DNA of 32,000 nucleotides from Pirellula staleyi DSM 6068. Its GTDB lineage: Bacteria > Planctomycetota > Planctomycetia > Pirellulales > Pirellulaceae. The notes beneath the pieces are model-generated. The model made no database searches. It was not told the DNA's origin and worked only from the letters and a program-made list of their open reading frames with translations. Shown piece by piece: positions 1-8,900 of the stretch. The stretch spans positions 1,500,001 to 1,532,000 of the forward strand of contig CP001848.1 of NCBI GenBank assembly GCA_000025185.1, read 5' to 3'. How positions within the stretch are numbered: the first letter of the stretch is position 1; each line of letters begins with the position of its first letter. A program made the position numbers and the translations under genes.

Positions 1-180
1 CTCGCCTATGGATTCGAACCGCGATCGATTGCCGAAAAACTTGATATTAGTATTAGCACGATCCACACGCATCTAAAACATGCCCGTGAAAAGCTGGCAC
101 TTCCAACGCTCGAATCGCTCATCAGTTTTGCCGCCCGCTACTGCTATCCCATGAGCCTCCCTTTTGAGCAAAAGACTTAA
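1..180 (+). CDS. LuxR/GerE-type helix-turn-helix regulator, C-terminal fragment (5' end outside window)
   Basis: Frame +1 is open from base 1 to TAA at 178-180. Hand translation LAYGFEPRSIAEKLDISISTIHTHLKHAREKLALPTLESLISFAARYCYP fits the GerE/LuxR HTH pattern (IAxxLxISxxTIxxHLxxxxxKL). It is absent from the ORF track because it has no in-window start. Confidence 0.7.
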   Translation, partial: LAYGFEPRSIAEKLDISISTIHTHLKHAREKLALPTLESLISFAARYCYPMSLPFEQKT

Positions 181-559
181 GGAGTGGTTTTGATGCAATA
201 TTTAGAATAGTAGTATTAGAAGCATGGGGATATGAGACTTATAGTCACTACGATATGGGCAAGCGTTGAGGTCCAAGTTTGATGAGTACTCGATCTTCAA
301 CGATTAAGTATCCAAACCCAAAATCGCAAGCGAGTTTCTCTTCTAGCGTCGATGGCCTGGTAGCCTCCTAAGAGATCTCATCGCACGTTGATAGTTTTTT
401 GCTGCGATCCATCGCGCGCCTCTCGCTCGGCAGCGACTACATGTGTCTCCCAGAGAGTGCATCCAGGTAGGCTTCTCCCGGATCGTGTAGCCGCGTCTTC
501 GCAGCGTCAGCCTCTCCTGAAAAGGGACGCACCTGTACCGCCAGTCGACCAGTGTCGCA

Positions 560-707
560 TGCATCGTTTGCCCTTCGCCGAACGTTGCGAGTACATTGCA
601 CTGGTCGGTCAGCGATCACTTGCGAATTCCCGGGACCTTGATCGGTGCTGGTCGAAACTGGCGAATGAACCCAGCGCGAGCGACTGCATCGTTTGTCGCC
701 GAACGTT
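560..707 (+). repeat. Imperfect direct repeat, two copies ~125 bp apart: TGCATCGTTTG[CCCT]TCGCCGAACGTT
   Basis: Copy A is 560-586 (TGCATCGTTTG-CCCT-TCGCCGAACGTT). Copy B is 685-707 (TGCATCGTTTG-TCGCCGAACGTT). All 23 shared bases are identical, with one 4-nt indel. Copy B overlaps the TTG start given by the ORF track for the downstream gene. Confidence 0.7.
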
Positions 708-3700
708 TTTGCGGTGGAGTGTCACCCTGTGCTACGAACAGTCGTTATCACGCTCATCGGCATCGTGTCAGTTGTTGGCGCGATGGTTGCCTCCGCCGTG
801 GAGCCAACGAAGCTTCCCGTGGCTGTGCCCAGCGGGTTCCAGGTGAAGCGAGTTGCCTCGCAGCCGCTGGTCGAGCGCCCCATGTTCGCGGCGCTCGACC
901 CCCAGGGTGGACTCTATGTCCTTGATTCCGGCGGCGCAAATGGGAGTGATCGCCGCGAGAATCCTGCGGATGTAGTGCGCTACTTGACCGATACCGACGG
1001 CGACGGCGTGTACGATAAAAGTGTGATCTTTGCGGACAAAATTGTCTTTGGTACCGGTTTAGTCTGCTACGACAAGGCGGTCTTCGTCACTTCACCTCCC
1101 AGTCTCTGGAAGTTCGAAGATACGACAGGGGATGGTATTGCCGACCAGCGGACCGAACTAGTCACTGGCTTTGCGTTTAATCAGAGTTGCACCGACGATC
1201 TGCACGGCGCTTGCTTAGGGCCGGATGGGCGGATTTATTTCCTGCCTGGGAGGTTTCATCACAAGGCCCAGGTGCCGGGTGGCCCTGTGATTCGTGAAGG
1301 GGTCGGCCCTTGGCTGATGCGCTGTCGACCCGATGGACGTGAGGCAGAGATTGTCAGCGGCGCTGTCGGCAATCCGGTGGAAGTGGCGTTCCTCCCCACT
1401 GGTGACGCGTTCATTCAAGGAACCTTTTGGGCCAAGCCGTCAGCCGCCGATGGACTGCGCGACGCACTCATTCACGCTGTTCCAGGAGGAGAATATTCGG
1501 TCCGTGATCGCGACTACTCCGATCGTGTCCGAACCGGGGACTTCCTTCCAGCACTGGTGCCACTAACGGCCACTGCACCAAGCGGTCTCACGGCCTACTG
1601 GAGCGACACTTGGGGCCCTGAGTATCGACATAACTTATTCACCTCGCACTTCAACACCGGCAGAATTCTGCGACATCGACTTTCCCCTCAAGGGGGAACG
1701 TTCACGAGTGTGACAGAAGACTTTGTCACCGCCGCTCAAGGGGATGTTCACTTTACCGATGTGCTTGAAGATGCAGATGGGAGCCTGCTGGTTGTCGACA
1801 CCGGAGGTTGGTACCTCGCTTGCTGTCCTGCTTCGGGAACCAGTAAGCCGGAAGTGAAAGGTGCGATTTACCGAGTCTCGCGCGAGGGAGCGCAGCGAGT
1901 GGCCGATCCGTATGGCAACGCGATTCCTTGGGAGCAGGCCACGGCTGCGGATCTAGCACAGCGACTCGGCGATCCCCGCTTTGCGGTGCGCGAGCGGTCG
2001 ATTCTTGCGCTGAGTAAGCGTGGTGACGACGCCATCGTGGAACTGACTCAAGTGCTCCAGTCGCGAGCAGCAACACCGCAGCAGCGACAAAACGCTGTTT
2101 GGGCGCTCTGTCGCATGGAGGGACCAGCAGCGCGCAAGGCAGGTAGAGTTGCGCTAAGCGATTCTGCTGAGGAGGTTCGTCAGTCGGCCGCTCATGCCGC
2201 AGCTTTGCACCGCGACAATGGGGCGCTCGATCAACTCCAGCAGCTGCTGCGGGATAACTCGCTTGCGGTGCGGCGCGAGGCAGCTCACGCGCTCGGCAGA
2301 ATTGGGCGTGGCGAGGCTGTGCCGAAACTGTTGGAGGCGATTGGGGCCCTTTCCCAAGGGACCGCAGCTGCGAGCGATCGTTTTGTCGAGCATGCCCTGA
2401 TCTTCGCGATCATCAGCATCAATGATGCGGTGGCGACGCGACCTGGGCTCACTGCCAGCGGATTTGCTGAACGTCGCGCGGCTCTGATGGCGCTCGATCA
2501 AATGGCGCTCACCATCCTCGCTTCCGGCGACATCGCTCCCTTGTTGGCAACTAGCGATCCTGTGCTGCAGCAAGCGGCCATCGATGTACTTGCGCGACAT
2601 CCCGAATGGACTACCGAGTCGATTAAACTCATCGATGGCTGGCTGAGAGAGCGAGCGCTCGATGAGACCCGCGTCCAGATGCTGATTGGTGTCGTGCGAG
2701 CACTGCGCAACGATAAGTCGATGAGGAGGGTACTCGACCAACACCTTGCCAACCAAAGCAAACTCTCGATCCCAGCGCGTCGAGCGCTTCTCTTGGCAGT
2801 GGGCCGAAGCGGTGTGAGCGAGGTCCCGAATTCTTGGCAAGAAGGAGTGTCTGAGGCGCTGCAAGCCACTGAACCCGAAATTCGGTTCGTGGCACTTCAA
2901 ACTGCAGCAGGGCTATCGCTGAAAGAGCTTGCCGGCGACATCCACCGCCTTGCGGCTGATTCCTCGTCCAGTGCAGCGCTGCGTCTGACAGCTCTCCGCT
3001 CGCTGGCTGTCTTGCAGCAGGAACTATCTGACCAGGAGTTCGACTATCTGCTGTTGCGACTCTCGCCGGAAGTTCCCATTCAAGAGCGTTTGACCGCTGT
3101 CGATGTGGTGGCTCAAACGCAGCAGAGCGACGCGCGACTGCGCAGACTCGTTCCACTTGTCCGGGCGGCCAGCCCGATCGAACTACCGGCGCTCTTGACT
3201 CCCTTTTCGCGTGGAACCGACACAGAAGTAGGTCTCGAACTTGTCGCGGCGCTCACGTCGTCCACGGTAAATCCACCACCGGAAATCGTCGAGCAAGCGC
3301 TTCAGCGTTATGGCGAATCGGTCCAGGTGGCGGCCCGTCCCCTCTTGGAGCGACTAAAAAAATCGACGCAGAACCAAGCGGCGCGGCTGAAAGAATTAGA
3401 AACCGTTCTCGAATGCAATCCGGGGGATTTAGAGCGCGGGCGCGAACTCTTTTTTAGCAAGGCCCAGTGTCATTTGTGCCACGCAGTTGCAGGTCGTGGT
3501 GGCAAAGTCGGTCCCGATTTATCGGCGATTGGCGACATCCGCTCGCGACGCGATTTGCTCGAAGCTGTCGCGTTTCCAAGCGCTACGTTCGCCCGTGGAT
3601 TTGAACCGATGATGGTCGCCCTTGCCGACGGACGGGTACTGACCGGCCTCGCCGGGCGCGAGACGGCTGACGAATTAGTGCTAGTGGTTGTGCAAGATAA

Positions 3701-3875
3701 CAAACCGGTCGAGGTACCTCTCAGCCGCGACATGATTGAGCAAGTTCAAATCGGACGGATCTCGACCATGCCAAACGGTTTAGATCACCAACTACAGCCT
3801 CAAGAACTAAGTGACCTGATCGGCTACTTGCAGCAGCTCCGTAAACAAAAACCGGAGCCCGATGGTGGAAAGTAG
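693..3875 (+). CDS. PVC-type heme-binding CxxCH protein: membrane-bound-dehydrogenase-like domain + HEAT repeats + C-terminal cytochrome c domain
   Basis: 1060-aa ORF with a signal/anchor (LRTVVITLIGIVSVVGAMVASA). GFQVKRVASQPLVERPMFAALDPQGGLYVLDSGG is typical of the planctomycete 'putative membrane-bound dehydrogenase' domain. HEAT-like repeats follow (AVRREAAHALGRIGRGEAVPKLLEAI). The C-terminal heme-binding domain is FFSKAQCHLCHAVAGRGGKVGPDLSAIG, with CHLCH at 3468-3482. The track start is TTG 693; GTG 729 gives a cleaner signal peptide, so the 5' end is uncertain by ~36 nt. Confidence 0.85.
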   Translation: MSPNVFAVECHPVLRTVVITLIGIVSVVGAMVASAVEPTKLPVAVPSGFQVKRVASQPLVERPMFAALDPQGGLYVLDSGGANGSDRRENPADVVRYLTDTDGDGVYDKSVIFADKIVFGTGLVCYDKAVFVTSPPSLWKFEDTTGDGIADQRTELVTGFAFNQSCTDDLHGACLGPDGRIYFLPGRFHHKAQVPGGPVIREGVGPWLMRCRPDGREAEIVSGAVGNPVEVAFLPTGDAFIQGTFWAKPSAADGLRDALIHAVPGGEYSVRDRDYSDRVRTGDFLPALVPLTATAPSGLTAYWSDTWGPEYRHNLFTSHFNTGRILRHRLSPQGGTFTSVTEDFVTAAQGDVHFTDVLEDADGSLLVVDTGGWYLACCPASGTSKPEVKGAIYRVSREGAQRVADPYGNAIPWEQATAADLAQRLGDPRFAVRERSILALSKRGDDAIVELTQVLQSRAATPQQRQNAVWALCRMEGPAARKAGRVALSDSAEEVRQSAAHAAALHRDNGALDQLQQLLRDNSLAVRREAAHALGRIGRGEAVPKLLEAIGALSQGTAAASDRFVEHALIFAIISINDAVATRPGLTASGFAERRAALMALDQMALTILASGDIAPLLATSDPVLQQAAIDVLARHPEWTTESIKLIDGWLRERALDETRVQMLIGVVRALRNDKSMRRVLDQHLANQSKLSIPARRALLLAVGRSGVSEVPNSWQEGVSEALQATEPEIRFVALQTAAGLSLKELAGDIHRLAADSSSSAALRLTALRSLAVLQQELSDQEFDYLLLRLSPEVPIQERLTAVDVVAQTQQSDARLRRLVPLVRAASPIELPALLTPFSRGTDTEVGLELVAALTSSTVNPPPEIVEQALQRYGESVQVAARPLLERLKKSTQNQAARLKELETVLECNPGDLERGRELFFSKAQCHLCHAVAGRGGKVGPDLSAIGDIRSRRDLLEAVAFPSATFARGFEPMMVALADGRVLTGLAGRETADELVLVVVQDNKPVEVPLSRDMIEQVQIGRISTMPNGLDHQLQPQELSDLIGYLQQLRKQKPEPDGGK

Positions 3876-4009
3876 CATTGCCCGGGAGCCAATCACTGGC
3901 GCTGCATCTGGAGCAAGAGCTCGAGGCAATGGTGTGGGCCTCGATTACCGTGGAGCGAACATTTACACCGGTTGATTTTCTTAGTGAAGAAAGTGGACGG
4001 TTCGCCTTT

Positions 4010-4053
4010 AGAGAGGTGACCACGGCAATGGGCTCGTGGGAATTCACCTCTCT
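4010..4053. repeat. Compound inverted repeat (stem-loop) in convergent intergenic region
   Basis: AGAGAGGTGA (4010-4019) is the perfect complement of TCACCTCTCT (4044-4053). CCACG (4020-4024) / CGTGG (4035-4039) is nested inside, with a 4-nt bulge. There is no adjacent T-run, so I do not call it a classical intrinsic terminator. Confidence 0.6.
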
Positions 4054-4072
4054 TGGAGAGCAACTGTCATGA

Positions 4073-4399
4073 GTGTCTTTGAGAATCCTGGCAACCACGC
4101 AGTCGTACCTCCAATGTTTGCATGGAACAGGCGTACTCAAGTCTCTCGACTCCACGCGTTTCTCGCTCGTCGATTTCATCCTGGGCAAACCATGGGACGA
4201 GATTGTCACCTGCGCAGGGGGCTATGCGGTGATCGCGTCGGCCGCCACTAGCTCGCGCTGGGACGAGATGCTGACGAAAATCGAATCGCTCCCCCGACTT
4301 CCGTTCGTCTTTCCCATGCCCAAGCCGTCGATCCAGATTTCGGTGAAAGTGAGCATGCTGCTCAGCAGCATCGTCCGGACGGTGGGACGTGTGAAATGA
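4073..4399 (+). CDS. Hypothetical small protein (108 aa), doubtful
   Basis: The ORF opens with GTG directly after an in-frame TGA. From about codon 25 onward, third positions are mostly G/C, as in the neighbouring genes (LDSTRFSLVDFILGKPWDEIVTCAGGYAVIASAATSSRWDEMLTKIESLP). I recognise no family, RBS or ATG start. Confidence 0.3.
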   Translation: MSLRILATTQSYLQCLHGTGVLKSLDSTRFSLVDFILGKPWDEIVTCAGGYAVIASAATSSRWDEMLTKIESLPRLPFVFPMPKPSIQISVKVSMLLSSIVRTVGRVK

Positions 4400-4489
4400 T
4401 GTCGACTCCTGGCAACTTCGTAGGGCTCGAAGCCATCGAAAAACTCATCGGCAATCGCGGCACAGGATTGCCGGTGGGTGCATCGGCCC

Positions 4490-4540
4490 CAAAGCGAAAA
4501 ATCGGCTCCTCTCCCTGGAAATCATGCCCCGGGAGAGGAG
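4490..4540 (-). terminator. Putative intrinsic terminator of the OMF-RND-MFP operon
   Basis: Perfect 10-bp GC-rich stem, CTCCTCTCCC (4506-4515) / GGGAGAGGAG (4531-4540), with a 15-nt loop. On the minus strand it is followed by CCGATTTTTCGCTTTGG (T5 run). It lies ~60 nt downstream of the MFP stop at 4602. Confidence 0.55.
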
Positions 4541-4601
4541 AGTCGCTGGTGAAGTTGCCTAGCCGCGTGGAAATCGCACGACGAATTCTTGGCGAAGAAT
4601 G

Positions 4602-5966
4602 TTAGCGCGAGGGCTGGGAGATGATCTCGACCACTTGCCCTTCGCGATAGGCGGAAACATTGCTCGCGATCAACGACTCGCTCCCAGTGAGGCCAGCAAG
4701 GACCTCGATTTCCGCGCCGCTGTTGATCCCAGTGGTGATCGACTGCCAGACGAGCGTGCTCTTGGGGTCGACAACGTAAACACCGGGCTTCCCCTCTTTC
4801 ATCACGAGACTGCTCTTGGGAATCACGAGCGCATCGCTTTTGTCGGCGACGGTCAGGACCGCCAGAACATAGAGCCCGGGACGAAGTTTGCTATCGGCAT
4901 TGGGCAGATCAATCGCGGCTCGCAAGGTACGTGTGCTGGGATTCAACTGCCAACTGCTGCGCGAGACTTTCCCTTCGATTTTCGAGCCCAAGGCAGGGAT
5001 CTGAATCACGGCATCGCATTCATTCGAAATGAGCGAGGCATCGATCTCGGGGACTTCGACATAGACCCGAACAACATCGGTGCGCGACAGATGGACGAGC
5101 GGCTTGTCGCTCGCCCCTTTTCCGGGCTGCACGAAGTGGCCGGTGTCGGCATTGCGCATGGTGACTATGCCATCGAACGGAGAGGTGATCTTCGTATAGT
5201 CGTGAATGGCCCGGAGGCGCGCTTCGTCGGCGAGGGCAACATCGGTGCGCGAACTGGCCGCTTGAACGTCGGCTTGGGCTTGCTCGATGCCAGCTCGTTT
5301 TTCTTCGACAACAGCCTCGGAGGAAGCGATGCGGGCTTGGGCTTCGGCGACTGCTGCCGCTGCAGCACGCTGACCCGCTTTCGACTCTTCGAGCACCTTT
5401 TCGGTGATCGCTTGATCGGCGAAAAGTAACTCCAAACGCGACAATTCCGTATCGGCGCGCTCGAGTTCGGCAGTGCTCCGCTCAAGTCCCGCTTTGGCTT
5501 CGACCACTAAGGCTTCTGCCGATCGGACCGCTGCTTCAGCCACCTTCACGCGCGCGTCGGCCTGCGAAGTTTCGGCCTTCGACTGCGCGACCAGCGCTTG
5601 CTTCTGTTTCAGCTCTTGCTCGTACTCGGGAATGGCGATCTCCAGCAGCACGTCCCCCGTTTTCACCCGGTCACCGAGATCGACATGCACCTTGCTGACG
5701 TAGCCAGTCACCTTGGCATGAATCGGCGTTTGCTCAATGGGCTCGATCGTGCCGGGTTGTTCGACGGTGCGAATGAGCCTTTTTTTCAGAGGTGACACAA
5801 CAGTCACGCGCGCCACCGACGAAGCAGCTGAACTGGCTGCGGCGGTCGAGTTGTTGGGCTTGGGTGCGCTCGAAGCTGTGTCGCTATGCGTACAGCCGAT
5901 CACCACAGGGATGCCGCAGGCGACGAGGGTTGCCACTGCCAAGCGATGTTTGGGAAGGCGAAACAT
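4602..5966 (-). CDS. Efflux RND periplasmic adaptor (membrane fusion protein, HlyD family), lipoprotein
   Basis: 454-aa ORF with a lipoprotein signal (LVACGIPVVIGC). It has a lipoyl-like hairpin motif (IHAKVTGYVSKVHVDLGDRVKTGDVLLEI), a long Ala/Glu/Gln coiled coil and a beta-rich C-terminus. Its ATG overlaps the RND stop (TAATG, 5964-5968). Confidence 0.9.
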   Translation of the reverse strand: MFRLPKHRLAVATLVACGIPVVIGCTHSDTASSAPKPNNSTAAASSAASSVARVTVVSPLKKRLIRTVEQPGTIEPIEQTPIHAKVTGYVSKVHVDLGDRVKTGDVLLEIAIPEYEQELKQKQALVAQSKAETSQADARVKVAEAAVRSAEALVVEAKAGLERSTAELERADTELSRLELLFADQAITEKVLEESKAGQRAAAAAVAEAQARIASSEAVVEEKRAGIEQAQADVQAASSRTDVALADEARLRAIHDYTKITSPFDGIVTMRNADTGHFVQPGKGASDKPLVHLSRTDVVRVYVEVPEIDASLISNECDAVIQIPALGSKIEGKVSRSSWQLNPSTRTLRAAIDLPNADSKLRPGLYVLAVLTVADKSDALVIPKSSLVMKEGKPGVYVVDPKSTLVWQSITTGINSGAEIEVLAGLTGSESLIASNVSAYREGQVVEIISQPSR

Positions 5967-8900
5967 TAGGCTTCCTCCGTGCCGGGAACAAAGTGTCGAC
6001 TACCTGCATCACCAGGATCGAGCGAAGCACTGGCTCGTGTGGCGCGCGATTGAACGAAGGCGAACAGCGAAGGCAAAACGACGAGTGTCGAGAAGGTCGC
6101 TGCAATCAGCCCCCCCATCACCGCGCGGCCGAGTGGTGCCGTTTGTTGTCCCGCTTCGCCGAAGGCAAGCGCCATGGGGAGCATGCCAGAGAGCATCGCC
6201 AGGCTGGTCATCAAAATGGCTCGCAACCGCTGCTTTCCACCTTCAATGGCAGCTGTCGAGGCTGCGGCTCCCTCACGGCGAGCTTGTTCGGCAAAGGTGA
6301 TCAGCAGGATGGCGTTGGCCATCGCGACACCAATCGCCATGATCATGCCGATGAACGATTGAATGTTGAGCGTCGATCCGCTCAGAAGTAAGACCACGAG
6401 TGAACCGGCCACAACAGCTGGTGCAGTGCTCACTGCCACGAGCGCCAGTCCAAGCGATTGAAAGTTCGCGGTGAGGAGCAGATAGATCACGAGAATCGCT
6501 AGTAGCAGACCGATCCCCAGTCCGCTGATCATTTGCTTCATCGGTGGGATTTGCCCCCGAATTTCGTACGAAATCGCTGCTGGCTTGACCCCGTTTTGCG
6601 TGTTGACCTCGCGCTCGGCATCGTACTCCGCTTGCACCCGTTTGAGGATCGTTTCGAGGCGAGCCGACGTGCGACCCAAGTCGGTTCCGGCGAGATTGGC
6701 GGTCAAGCTCACTTCACGCTTCATGTTATAGCGGTCGTACTGCCCTGGAGTCGTTCCTTCGGAGATCGAGGCCACATCACGCAGGAGCAGCGGCGTTTCC
6801 GATTGACGAACAGGCACCGCGCCAAGCTGATCGATGCTTGTGAGAAAAGGCTGAGGAACTTCGACCTGCACTTGATAGCCGACCCCCGATTTCGGATCGG
6901 GCCAGTAGTTGGGAACCACAAAACGGCTCGATGCAGTGGCGGCGAGCACCGAGCGTGCAACTTGGCTGGTGGTGACTCCCGAGCGACCAGCCTTGATGCG
7001 GTCGAGCTTCACATCCACGGTGGGATAGTCGAGCGACTGATAGAGCTGGACATCGCGTAGTTCAGGAAGTTCGGCTAGCGCCGTGGTAACGCGCCCAAGG
7101 AAAGCGCGATTCTCGGCTACCGATCCGCCGCGAGCCGCAATTTCGATTGGCGTGGGGGAACCAAAGCTCATCACTTCGCTGACGATATCAGCTGGCTCGA
7201 ACGAGAACCGTACCTGCGGAAACTTTTGGGCCAGTTCCGTACGGAGCTCTTCTTTCACCACTTCGGTGCGAATGCCGGTGTGTGGTTTCAGGGCGATGCG
7301 GAGGATTGCCTCTTCGGGGCCGCGCGAGAATTGATAGACGGCGTTGATTGGAAAATTCGAGTGAATCATGCCGACATAGCCCAGCGTGATATCGACATTT
7401 TCGGGGCCCACTTTCTGGCCGATGTGATCGAGTACACCGAGGGCGATGCGCTCGGTCTCTTCGATGTGGGTTCCATCCTTGGCGCGAAAGCGGAGGCGAA
7501 ATTCCCCTGCGTCGATTTGCGGGAAGATCTCGATCCCGATCTGGCTACCGACCACTCCAATTGTCAGGAGTGAAGCGGCTAGGTAGGCCGGAATCACAAT
7601 CCAGCGGGCGGCGACCATGCCGCTGACAAACGTGCCATAGAAGTCGCGATAGGTATTGAAAGCGAACCAGTTTCGCGAGCTACTACCAGGCTGACCTTCG
7701 CTCCGATGGCCATGCTGCTCGGCATGCGAGTGGCTGTGATGTTGGAGGAGCCAGGTCGAGAGAATCGGTACGAAGGTGCTCGAAAGGATGTAGGAAGCAA
7801 TCATCGAAAAGCCGACCGCGAGCGACAGCGGCACGAAGAGTTCGCGGGCAGCGCCGGTCATAAAAAAGCTTGGCACAAACACGGCAAGAATGCAAAGCAT
7901 CGCCAGGAGTCGCGGGATTGCTGTTTGCGAGTTTCCACGCCGCACGGCGAGCGCTACGCTGTCGGTGTGATCGAGTTGCGAATGGATGTTTTCGATTTCC
8001 ACGGTCGCTTCGTCGACAAGAATACCGACCGCCAGCGCAAGTCCGCCAAGGGTCATCAGATTGATCGTTTGGCCGCAGATCCAAAGGCCGACCACCGCAG
8101 CGGCGATCGCCAGCGGGATGTTGAGCACCACTACAAGTGCGCTGCGCCAATCGCGCAGGAAGACGAGCACCATCAAACCGGTGAGGAGCGCGCCGAGGGC
8201 CCCTTCGTGGAGCAGGCTGTCGATGGCGCGGGTGACATAGGGGGACTGATCGAACTCGAACGACACACGAATGTCGTCGGGCAATTCCTTCTGCATACTC
8301 GGTAGTGCCCGCTTAATTTCGTCGATCACACTCATCGTCGAAGCATCCGCGCGCTTGGTGGCGAGGATGTAAACCGCGCGGCGGCCATTCACTAGTGCAT
8401 AGCCGGCCGAGATATCGGCGGCATCGACGATCTCCGCTAAGTCGCTCAAGTAGACGGCGGGATTCGCACCGACCTTGATTGGTATCGTGCCGAGTTCTTT
8501 GGGATCACGCACCATCGCATTCATCGGCACGATGGGATAGGAGTTCCCGACGTGCAGGTTTCCGCTGGGGCTGATGGTGTTGCCACTCACCAGTGCATTG
8601 ATGACATCATCAGCCGACACGCCATAGGCACGCAGTTTGTCGGGCGAGACACGGAGCACCACGGTGCGCGCACTTCCACCAAAGGGTGGCGGCGCTGATA
8701 CACCTGGAAGCGCGGAGAAGAGGGGACGAACCTTAAAGAGGGCGATGTCTTGAATCTCGGCGATCGTGCGTGTTTCGCTGGAAAGGACGAGATAACCGAC
8801 CGGCACGCTGCCGGTATCAAACCGCATCACAAACGGCGAAACGGTTCCTGGTGGCATGAAGGCGCGCGAACGATTCACGTAGTTAATCGTCTCGGCCATC

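Noticed and set aside
10-20. GGATTCGAACC, the exact reverse complement of the tRNA T-loop consensus GGTTCGAATCC, hinting at a minus-strand tRNA at the window edge.
   Set aside because: The flanking bases do not form a T-stem (CGCGG vs CCATA pairs at only 2-3 positions). The motif also lies in-frame inside the LuxR-type coding sequence (YGFEP). It is a coincidence.
343-690. ORFs 343-564(-), 388-846(+), 437-619(-), 596-925(+) in the leader of the heme-protein gene.
   Set aside because: They are mutually overlapping and Arg/Cys/Ser-rich, with no motifs. Two run into the real gene in a wrong frame. The region is better explained as non-coding leader.
4396-4605. 69-aa ORF coupled by ATGA to the 108-aa ORF.
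   Set aside because: It contains the 10-bp terminator-like hairpin plus the T-run of the convergent operon, and it overlaps the adaptor gene stop. Its C-terminal half is low-complexity (KRKIGSSPWKSCPGRGES). I kept it only as part of a finding, not as a feature.
4599-5429. Long antisense ORFs opposite confirmed genes. Examples: 4599-5429, 7706-8305, 8750-9286, 10296-10964, 13848-14759, 17646-18326, 28008-29090, 29217-30164.
   Set aside because: They mirror much longer ORFs with clear family motifs on the other strand. Their translations are Arg/Gly/His/Phe-skewed low-information sequences, typical of the reverse frame of GC-rich or Glu/Lys/Ala-rich genes. No motifs were seen.
5779-5790. A7/T7 homopolymer runs inside the adaptor genes (about 5781-5787 and about 15964-15970) as possible slippage or phase-variation sites.
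   Set aside because: They simply encode Lys-Lys / Gln-Lys-Asn contexts in intact full-length ORFs. There is no frameshifted alternative ORF and no evidence of variation in a single sequence.
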